DNA from: Octopus vulgaris
Lineage: Eukaryota
DNA length: 64,000 nucleotides
Direction: 5' to 3'
Assembly (NCBI GenBank): GCA_951406725.2
Contig: OX597834.1
Coordinates: forward strand, 39,680,001-39,744,000
Part shown: in pieces, positions 53,471 to 64,000 of the stretch
How the letters are laid out: every line of letters starts with the position of its first letter
Position numbering within the stretch: position 1 is the stretch's first letter
Notes under the pieces: generated by a model
The model's database searches: none
Told to the model about the DNA's origin: nothing
The model's input: the letters and a program-made list of their open reading frames with translations, nothing else
Program-made: the position numbers and the translations under genes

Positions 53471-53604
53471 TTAATAATAGATATTGATTGATATATTGAA
53501 TAATGAAATAATTTAAAACAACAACAAATCTATCATTAAACATGAAAGTATAACATTTTACAAAGTATATTTTTCTCCTAAAAGATCTTGTGTTATTATA
53601 AAAT

Positions 53605-53829
53605 CTTTAATCTTTTACTTGTTTCAATCATTAATTTGCAGCCATGATGCGGCAACACCTCAAGAATTTTTAGTCAGATGAATCGACCCCGGTACTTTGT
53701 TTAAAGCTGGTACTTATTTTATCAGTTTTTTTAAGCCAAACTGCTAAGTCATGGGGACATGTAAACACATCAGCATCAGTTGTCAAGTAGTGGTGGCAGA
53801 CAAAAACAGGCATAAAGACATGCACACAC

Positions 53830-53874
<45 letters not shown>

Positions 53875-54360
53875 TATATACACACACACACACACACATA
53901 TAAATATATATATATATATATATTCTTTTACTTGTTTCAGTCATTTGTTAGTCAAAGACACTGACCCCTGGACTTAATCTTTGTAAGCCCAGTACTTATT
54001 CTATTGGGCTTGTTTGCCAAACCACTAAGTTACAGGGACATAAACACACCAGCATCGGTTGTTAATCGATGGCAAGTGACACACACAAACACACAAATAT
54101 ATATATATAACATGTGACAATTATGACAACCAATTGTCACATAGTAGACGACATTTGCCCAAGGTACCACACAGTGGGACTGAACCTGGAACCATGTGGT
54201 TGGGAAGCAAGCTTCTTATACACACACACACACACACATATATGCGATGAGTTTCCTTCTACCAAGTCTACTATAGCCCTAGGCTAGAGTAGAAAACACT
54301 TGCCTAGGGTGCCTTACAGTGGGACTGAACCCAGAACCACATAGTTGGGAAGTAAGCTTC
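53605..54360 (-). mobile_element. Cluster of diverged SINE family A fragments
   Basis: Two tails (53605-53810, 53925-54070) and two heads (54140-54220, 54240-54360). Confidence 0.75.
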
Positions 54361-54710
54361 TTTATAGTCTTAGAAAAAAAAGTGGTAAATCTAGCTGGGA
54401 TTGCTTTGGTCATAGATCTGCTTTATGGCAACCAGCCTGGGGCTAAAAACAGCTAAATGAAAGCAGGAAGGAGTGAAAAAAACCCATAGCCAAGAACCAA
54501 GGTACACATTAATTTTATGGTGATGGGTAACATGTGCCTGGCAGTGGATTGGATCTAACCCTGGGTAAGGTGGTAGGGTTATTTTTGATCTTATAGACAC
54601 ACAGGGGCACTGTTATATTCACTTAAAGTCTTTCATCAAACAGTGACAATAGGGGATTGGAATTGTCACACCTTACTTCATTCTTCCTCTTTTATTCATA
54701 CACCCCAACA

Positions 54711-54934
54711 TGTGAGTGGGTGTTGAAAAAAGTTCCTGGTTCTAAGGGTATCGTGAAAGGACTGGTTGGAGGCCCAACCTTCTGAGTTCTTTTGCAGGAT
54801 GTAGACAAACTGAAGGACCGCTGCAATGAGCGTGTGAACCCGAGTGGGGAATATAACGGATAAAATCATAATTAATTGATTCTCCTCTATTTTCTTTCCC
54901 ACAAAACCAGAAATATTTCAGTATCTACCTCATA
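54711..54934 (+). mobile_element. mariner-derived MITE, diverged
   Basis: GAGTGGGTGTTGAAAAAAGTTCCTGG...ACTGAAGGACCGCTGCAATGAGCGTGTGAA...CCAGAAATATTTCAGTATCTACCTCATA. Confidence 0.7.
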
Positions 54935-55487
54935 CATATATATATATATATGTATATATAGCAGAGTAAGTAATAGAAAGTTCTCAGTACAGTATCATAT
55001 CTTTGAAAAAAATGAACTGAAAAAGGCTTACAGATATTTTCCCACTTAATCTAATTATTAAAGGGGAAGAGTTATCAGAAAAATCTTTTCTATTCATTTT
55101 TTCAAATATATATATAGATATGATAAATTGAGTATAATATAACACACACACACACACATATATGTATAATTAATTGAAAGTGTTAGTTCAAAGAACTAAT
55201 TAAGTCATAATTATCATAAAATATTCTAACTAATTTGCACTGAGTGTATACATATTTCAAGTTGAAAGGCTACAAACTTGCCTCTGTGAATGTGTGTATG
55301 TGTGTGTGTGTGTGTGTGTATGTATATGTAAACGTGTGCATTCATATATGTATCCATACGTTTTTATGCTTATGTGTGTACATATATTTGTGTGTATATA
55401 TATGTATATATATATATACACACATACGAATGTGTATATCTGTGTATGTGTATATATTTATATATATTTGTACATTTCCTTGGTGTA

Positions 55488-55546
<59 letters not shown>

Positions 55547-55626
55547 TATATATAATATTAATGCATCAAGGAAATAAGTCAAAAAACAAAATTAGATATG
55601 CTTACAGACATTAAAGGTATAAATGT

Positions 55627-55660
<34 letters not shown>

Positions 55661-55952
55661 ACACTCATGCACACGTGCACACATCCATAGGTTGTATCTG
55701 AATTGGGGAGAACCTTGATAGAAGAGGCATAATTTAGCAATAGCTGAGTTGCATGATTCACAAATAAAAGTTCCAAGTTCAAACCCAGCCTAAAGGTATA
55801 CATGTGATGATAAGGCACCTGAGGGCAGCTGGAGAATACACTGATTGAAATACAAGGTCGAAACACAAAGATATGATTAATAGTGTGAAAACAGCATGTT
55901 ACGTAGTATTTATCATTGGTACCACTGCCATTACCACCATCGCCACCACCAC

Positions 55953-55995
<43 letters not shown>

Positions 55996-56470
55996 TTTGT
56001 TGTTTTTGTTGTTGTTGTTATTTCAAGACTGAAGGGTATCATTATTTAAGGATTGGGTGTGTATGAGTGGAGTGCAAGAAAGTATGTTTATTTAAAAAGG
56101 TGTATGTATATACATATATTTATATATATGTATATATATATTTGTGTATATATATATATATATATACATACACACACATACATATTCATATATATATACA
56201 CTCAATCATACCACAATTAGTTGGTATCCCTGTGGCAAGTTTGGAAGAAAGGGTAAGTGAAATGGTAAAGGAGGTGGTGGCGGTGAAGCTGAGAGGAAGA
56301 TGAAAAGAAAAGCAAGAGTGAAAAATTGAGAGAAGGAGGAAGAGAGTTAGAGAGAGAGGGAGAGAGAGAGAGAGAGAGTGGTATGCAGGATATGGAAGAA
56401 AGTGCCCAAATCTTGCAGGCATCACTTCCTTTCACCTTGTAATTCTTTGAACACCCTGTTGGGAAGATAC

Positions 56471-56506
<36 letters not shown>

Positions 56507-56764
56507 AGGGGTGAAGGTAATTTCTCTTATTTCAGAGCAAAAAAAGAAAAGAATAAAATACAGTATAATATACAATAAGAAAAACAGAGGAAAAAAAAAT
56601 TAAAAAAAAACAGAAATCGACAATTTTAGATGGATGTGTATTGAGCAAAGGGGTGTGGCAGTGGTGGTCGTGGTGTGGTCGGGGTTAAAATGTTGTTGGA
56701 ACCAAAGGGAACACTGAAAGATTCACAACTATAACAAAGACTTTGGTGGGTTCCCTCATCTTTT

Positions 56765-57100
56765 TATCATCATCATCATCATCATTCACTATTATTTTTA
56801 CCATCATCATCATTAGTATTACCATCACCATCATTATTACATCATCATCAACATTACCATTATTATCCTCATTCGCAATTATTATTTTCATGAACATCAT
56901 CATTATTATTACTATTATTATTACATTATCATCATCATTATTATTATTATTATCATTATTATTATTATTATTATTATTATTCTCATCATCATCATCATCA
57001 TCATCATCCTCATTCACTATTATTATTTTCATGAACATCATCATCATTATTATTATTATTATTATCATTATTATTATTATGATCATTATTGTCATTATTG
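56765..57100. repeat. Compound (ATC)/(ATT) trinucleotide repeat with a duplicated CATTCACTATTATT / TTCATGAACATCATC unit
   Basis: Direct inspection. Confidence 0.85.
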
Positions 57101-57823
57101 ATTGGGTCACAGTACTGAGCAGAATAAATTTTAATAATACAGTTGAAAAACGGTGAATGTAACAAGGTCTGAATTTTACTTTTTTTTTTTGTCAGGGGTT
57201 CCATTATGTAAATACCTAGCAGTGACTATGGCGGCGGCAACAGTGGTGGTTGGTGACAGTGGTAATGAAGGTAATATAACAGTGACAGCAGGGGGTAATG
57301 GGGATGTGTTGTGTTGGTAGGAAGTGAAGTTAGCGAGTGTGGTTACGTTAGTAGGTGTAGGCGGTGGTATGGTGATTGTACTGGTGGTGTTGGTATGGGT
57401 TGCTGATAATGATGGGCACAGTGGGGCGGGGGTGCTGGTGTACCAGTATGAAATTAAAAATGAGATTAATTAGCATTATTTACTGTGTACTTCAATAGAA
57501 GCTTATTAATTTAGAGTTATTGAGAGATTCTCATTATCCTACAATATTGTAAACAAAGTTATATTGTGAACAATAGTGAATGCTATGGTACATTATTGAA
57601 CAGTATGATACAATATTGTACCATATAACCCATTATTATACAATATATTGTACAGTATAGCATCTTAGGTTCAGGTCCACCATGAGTTTTTTTAACTCTT
57701 ATTTCTAGCAATGTAAGTACTGTGGTGCCTTTAGTCTCACATAGAGAGGATTAAATTTTTCCTTTATGGTATTATATTGTGCCTAGTCATTTATACTAAT
57801 ATATATATATATATATATATATA

Positions 57824-58225
57824 GGCATAGGAGTGGCTGTGTGATAAGTAGCTTGCTTACCAACCACATGGTTCTGGGTTCAGTCTCACTCCGTGGCACC
57901 TTGGGGGAGTGTCTTCTGCTATAGCCTTGGGCTGACCAAAGCCTTGTGAGTGAATTTGGTAGACGAAAACTAAAAGAAGCCCGTCGTATATATGTATATA
58001 TATATGTATGTGTGTGTATATGTTTGTGTGTCTGTGTTTGTCCTCCCAACATCACTTGACAACCGATGTTGGTGTGTTTACCTCCCTGTAACTTAGCGGT
58101 TCAGCCTAAGAGACCGATAGAATAAGTACTAGGCTTACAACGAATAAATCCTGGAGTCGATTTGCTCGACTAAAGGCGGTGCTCCAGCATGGTCACAGTC
58201 ACATGACTGAAACACGTAAAAGATA
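57824..58225 (+). mobile_element. SINE family A, full length
   Basis: Matches the family A consensus. Confidence 0.9.
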
Positions 58226-59179
58226 AATGAAATCATACAATATTGCACAATATTATACAGTGTGATATATTATTAAATTATGTTGTACATTATTATATAA
58301 TGTCTCACATTGTGGTTCCAATATTGCATCATTGTTTATAGGTAAGGGAGACAACTACAATCATGTTTCAGCCTCATCAGAAAACCTCATCAACACAGTA
58401 TAAAGTCTACTGATGTCTGGTTCAAACAGCTGAGAGTTAGCTGTTATGTACAGAAAGAACCACAAAGATTTTTGGCCTATTTTTATTTTTGTTTTGCATA
58501 ATTACAAAATAACATTAGCTCAGGGAAATCCCAGTTGAGGGTGAAAACAGATGCATGCGTGTGAGCGCATATATTTGTGTTCTCGTATATCTGTGAAAGG
58601 CAGAAAGGGAATATACCCACATGTACACATACATGAGGGCAAACATCCTGCCACAGACACACAGACACGGCTACAATGTTATACATATGTAAACATTATC
58701 ATTCGTAAGATAAACTGCAACAACATGTCCCCAATGGGGCTGAAAAAACCCCCTACTTTTTCAGTAGATTCGGTGATGTTATCTAACTTATTATATTACA
58801 GGTATAATGCTATATTTATATCCTACCGATAGCATGTTCTGTCACCTCTTGCTTGCTTCTCTTTACACATGCTCTCACACACACATACACATGCATGCAT
58901 GTTCACACACATGCATAGTTTATCTCTGTTTCATGCAAACATACTTAGGCACAGGTAGCACATATTTTGTAATTATGCAAAAAAAAACAAAAAAACACAG
59001 GTATGGTTGAAAGGCTTGTGTTCTAATAATGTGTTTATGGGTTCAGTCCCACTGTGTGGCACCATGTTTAAGTCCCCGCAACTTAGCAGTTCAGCAAAAA
59101 GAGACCATATATATATATATATATAACAATTGCAGCATGGAAGGTGTTTATAAGCCATTTAAGAAACACACACACACAT

Positions 59180-59397
59180 ATATTCTTTTATTTGTTTCAG
59201 TCATTTGACTGTGACCATGATGGAGCACCACCTTTTAGTCGAGCAAACTGACCCCAAGACTTATTCTTTTTAAGCCTAGTACTTATTCTATCGGTCACTT
59301 TCGCCGAACCACTAAGTTACGGGGGTGTAGACACACCAACATCAGCTGTCAAGTGATGGTGGGGTGGGGGGACAAACACAGACACATACACAAATAT

Positions 59398-59453
<56 letters not shown>

Positions 59454-59610
59454 GACAGGTTTTGTTTCAGTTTCCATCTACCAAATCCACTCACAAGGCT
59501 TTAGTCGTCTCAAGGCTATAATAGAAGACACTTGCTCAAGGTGCCACACAGTTGGACTGAACCCGGAACCATGTGGTTCGTAAGCAAGCTACTTACCACA
59601 CAGCCTCTCC
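59180..59610 (-). mobile_element. SINE family A, near full length
   Basis: Reverse complement of the family A consensus. Confidence 0.9.
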
Positions 59611-59927
59611 GAAACCTTTAACTTTAATTATACAGAAATATAATAAAGAGATAATTAAGTAAATAAGACAAGAACGAACAGCAACAGTTTTGTACAAATT
59701 TTCTACAGAATTTTAAAATATAATTTTTTCCTTAAACTTGCCACATGTGGTGTAATACTTTTTATTGTTATTTATTTATATTCCTTTTTTTATTTCCAGT
59801 GGCGCTGAGTCAAAAAGGTCAAAAATGCTCATACACACACTAAAATATATGTGTGTGTGTATATATATATGTCTTTATATGTAACTTTATATGTATCTTA
59901 CTTACTGTGCTTCTATAAGTACATCCA

Positions 59928-59980
<53 letters not shown>

Positions 59981-60832
59981 TTGGGATGTACTTATACAAG
60001 CACAGTAAGTAAGATACATATAAAGACTTTGTTCCAGATGGTTAATGCAAAAAAGGGAGTGGAAATGGGGAGAAAGAGATAAAAGTTTAAAAAATTGAGA
60101 TAAATACAGAGATTATGTGTGTGTGTGTGTGTGTGTGCATGTACATATATATTTATGTATGTATATATGTGTGTATATGTATACCTATATATTAATGTAT
60201 GAATATGTATGTGTATATGTGCATATTTATACATGTGTGTATGTATATATATACATGCATGCATGTGTGTGTATATATATATATATGCATGTGTGTGTGT
60301 ATATATATACATATCTATATACATATATATTTACATACATACACACACACATACATATATACATATATATATAGATACACACACACACACACATAATCTC
60401 AGCAAAAGTGTGTGCATGTATCAGATGATGGTAGTGGCTTTAGATGGAGGACAGATGATTGTTGTGACACACACAAAACGAAACAGCTGCAATATGACTA
60501 GCAAAGGCTAGACACACAACCCTCCACCCCCTCCACACACACACACCTGACAACCACTTTGCCAGTCGATCGTATGTTTGAATACTGAGTAGTCCTCTAC
60601 GACAATGGTTTTCTCCTGATATTTATCTGCAAAATTTTTAGGCAGTACAATACTGGACAACAAACCAAAAATTATGAATGACAACAAATGAAAATCATTG
60701 ACTGTGGAAGTGAATGGTGTTCTGTGTCAGTAGAAATGATTTAGTCAAAGTTTGCTGTCCATAAAGAAATGAGAATTCTGACCTATGATCAAAGCCCTTT
60801 GTCAGAAAAAGAAACATCTATGATAAAGGACC

Positions 60833-61132
60833 TTGCTCAAAATGTCATGGTTCTTGTCATGCCAGTGCATACAACATAAGGGGCCTTTGACCAAAGTCCT
60901 TCATAGAACTCAGAAAAATCTGTGACAAGGGACTTTTGCTCAAAACATCAGAGTACTTTAAATTGTGAATAATCATAAAATAAACATTTATTGCTCAAAA
61001 TATCATGGTTCTTGTGCCAGTCCATACAAATATAAAGGGCCTTTGAGCAAAGCTCTTCACAGAAGTCAGAAAAGTATGTGACAAGGGACTTTTGCTCAAA
61101 ACATTAGGGGACTTTAAATTGTGAATAGTCAT
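60833..61132. repeat. ~158-bp period tandem duplication
   Basis: TTGCTCAAAAT.TCATGGTTCTTGT...GTGACAAGGGACTTTTGCTCAAAACAT...ACTTTAAATTGTGAATA.TCAT at 60833-60976 and 60991-61132. Confidence 0.85.
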
Positions 61133-61480
61133 GTAGTCCCTCCACAGCAAGAAACCTGTTTGTCTTTCATCCTATATCTCATACTCTTACCTATCTTCTG
61201 CCTCTCATCTCCTACCATAAGGTTGCCCCCTTGGGAGTTTGAGGTCTTGCAAATGCTGGTGTTGCAAAAAGTACCTATTACATGCTAGAAAGGGGTTGGC
61301 ATTAGGAGAGGCATCCAGGTGAATAAACCATGGCAAAGCAGACAACTGGAGTGAGATGTAGTCCTTGGGCCCATCAGATCTTATCAAACCATCCAACCCA
61401 TGCCAGCATGGGACATAGACATTAAATGAAGGTGGTGGTGGTGGTAGTGAAAGGAGTTACATTTTTGGTTAGAATAATTT

Positions 61481-62935
61481 GCAGGCATGGTTGTGTGGTA
61501 AGAGGCTTGCTTCCCAACCACATGGTTCCAGGTTCAATCCCACTGCATGACACCTTGTGCAAGTGTCTCCCACTGTAGCCTTGGGCCAACCAAAGCCTTG
61601 TGAGTGGATTTGGTAGAAAGAAACTGAAAGAAGCCTGTCATATGTGTGTGTGTGTCTGTTTGTATGTTTGTCCCCTACCACTGCTTGACAACCAGTGTTG
61701 GTGCGTTTACATCCCTGTAACTTAGCAGTTTGGCAAAAGTGATCGATAGAATAAGTACCAGTCTTTACAATTATAACTACTGGGGTTGATACATTCAACT
61801 AAGAAGATTCTTCAAGGCAGTGCCCCAGCATGGCCACAGTCTTATAACCGAAACAAGTAAAAGAATTAAAAAAAAGAAGGTGTATTCAGATTTATGAGCT
61901 CTAATAATACTGTAACTGTATTGTGTCCATGAACAAACCAACAAACAAATTAAGATGTTCCCATCCCTTATTTCACAGTTGAGTGGTCATCAGTAGCAAG
62001 GGTACCCACCCAGCCGTGAAATCACAATAGCTACTTCCACCAAGAAACCACCCCAGCAAGGAAAAACATGGGAAAATAAAATCAATGGTGGAAACAATGA
62101 TAAAGAAAATAGAATATTGATGAATATGTCATTGGTTTATTGTCTGATGTTTATCACATGATGGAAAATATCAATGACAAAGAAGCAGGGAAGCAGTGAA
62201 ATTAGCAGACGATAAAGGAGCCTAAATGTGGTCACTGGGCATGTTAGAAATAGAAACCAAATCTCAGTCAAACTCTCCTTTATTCTCTCAAGTAGGGGCT
62301 ACCTTACTCTTTTGCTTGTTTCAGTCATTTGACCGTGGCCATGCTGGAGCACCGCCTTTAGTCAAGCAAATTGACCCCAGGACTTATTCTTTGTAAGCCT
62401 ACTACTTACTCTATCAGACTTTTTTTTGCTGAACTGCTAAGTTACAGGGACATAAGCACACCAGCATTGGTTGTCAAGCGATGTTGGGGAGACAAACACA
62501 GACACACAAACGTATACACACACATACATATATATATATATATACATACATACATATATACGATGGGCTTCTTTCAGTTTCTGTCTACCAAATCCACTCA
62601 CAAGGCTTTGGTTGGCTTGAGGCTATAGTAGAAAACACTTGCCCAAGGTACCATACAGTGGGACTGAACCCAGAACCATGTGGTTGGTAAGCAAGCTATG
62701 TACCACACAGCCACTCCTGCTCCTATATATACATACATATATACATATATATATATATACACACACACACACCCAATGAGCTTCTTTTGGTTTCCATCTA
62801 CCAGATCTACAAAATCTACAAGATTTTGGTTGGCCCAGGATTATAGGAGAAAACATTTGCCGAAGGAGGCACACAGTGGGACTGAACCTGGAACTATGTG
62901 GTTGAGAGCCAAACTTCTCACCACACTGCCAATGC
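61481..62935. mobile_element. SINE family A copies: 61481-61865 (+), 62300-62725 (-), 62775-62935 (- head half)
   Basis: All match the family A consensus. Confidence 0.85.
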
Positions 62936-64000
62936 CTGTGCAGAGACAATCCATCCGATCCACGAGGAGATAGGAAAATAGATGTGAAATGATGTCAAGG
63001 ATATTTTTACAAGGGTGTTTTGGATCTTGTAATAATGGATGTGGAAGGTTTATCACCTTTTAAGAGAATGGGAAAGCAATTTTATGAGAGCTCTGGAAAT
63101 GGAAGATTGCAAAATAAGGGGGAAAAAATAATGTTTATTTAAAATTTAATTTAATACATACATAAATACACACACACACGCACACATAAATACACGCATG
63201 CAAGTGCATATTTATATAATCATCTGCATACATACGCAAATCTATATGCACACATGCACGTGTTCACAGACACATACAAACACATTTATAAACGCATGAA
63301 CACGCATGTACATCTTTATATACACCTGCATACACACACACACTCATATGCACATTTACATACATATGCACGTGCACACACACATACATTAATATACACA
63401 TGCATACACACACACATATTTATATACACTTGCAGATACACACATACCCAAACACATTTATATACACACACACACACACACATTCATATACTCGTGCAGA
63501 TACACACACACACACAATATAGAGATGTGTGCGCACTCAAACACATTTATATACACATGCATACACATACACATTTATATACACATGCATACATACACAC
63601 ACAATTATATACACATGCATACACATATATTTATATACTCGTGCAGATACACACAAACACATTAATATATTGATGCGTGCACACTGAAGCACATTTATAT
63701 AAACATGCACACACAAACATTTACACACACACACACACACACACACAATAACTACATATATTTTTTTCCCATGTGAATTATTTTTTCCACAGAAGCTGTC
63801 ACGCAGAAGACATCCCAAAACAACCAAAGAAAAAAAAAACAAAGACGAACAAAACTTAAGCAAATAACAAAAAAATCTCTAGTTTTGTGTTGTTATTCCA
63901 AATTAATTTTCAGTTTTAAATTTCTTGTACTGCATTATTAAAGAGGGATTTTAAGAATGGTAAAATCGAAAAATGCAGCAAAAAACCAGAAAAGTGCCAT

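Noticed and set aside
58325-58347. Other AG|GT juxtapositions (TTGTTTATAG|GTAAGG here; TTTATCAG|GTGAGT near 37889; ATTACAG|GTATAA near 58801)
   Set aside because: Pyrimidine tracts are short or poor, so these are within chance expectation in AT-rich DNA.
58360-58396. Minus-strand CTGATGAGGCTGAAACATG resembling a second hammerhead core
   Set aside because: Only 4 nt lie between CUGAUGA and GAAA (no helix II), and there is no helix I or III pairing.

Overview
AT-rich, repeat-dense eukaryotic non-coding DNA. The SINE/LINE families and microsatellite load look like octopus (coleoid cephalopod) genomic sequence; this is inferred from recognising the repeats, not from a search. I find no credible host protein-coding gene: nearly every ORF in the track is a translated microsatellite or SINE. 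The window holds more than 30 copies or fragments of a ~400-bp tRNA-headed SINE (my label, family A), further SINE or retroposon families (B-G), a 5'-truncated RTE LINE inside a piggyBac-type MITE, an R4/Dong-type LINE end inside an (ATT)n tract, mariner-derived MITEs, minisatellites and very long microsatellites. The best leads are: (1) a textbook recursive-splice (AG|GTAAGT) motif on the minus strand at 53441/53440, suggesting the window lies in a giant intron; (2) a minimal hammerhead ribozyme of the Penelope-like-element type at 7392-7426; (3) a ~176-bp, ~95% identical inverted repeat at 10758-11707; (4) a 65-bp tandem array grown from a retroposon segment that carries a GAAA-tetraloop hairpin; (5) an (AAT)n-embedded, ORF-less element that may be a non-autonomous partner of Dong-like LINEs; (6) an apparent CpG-retaining domain at about 7.3-21.6 kb. 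None of this is experimentally verified, and boundaries of degenerate repeats are approximate.
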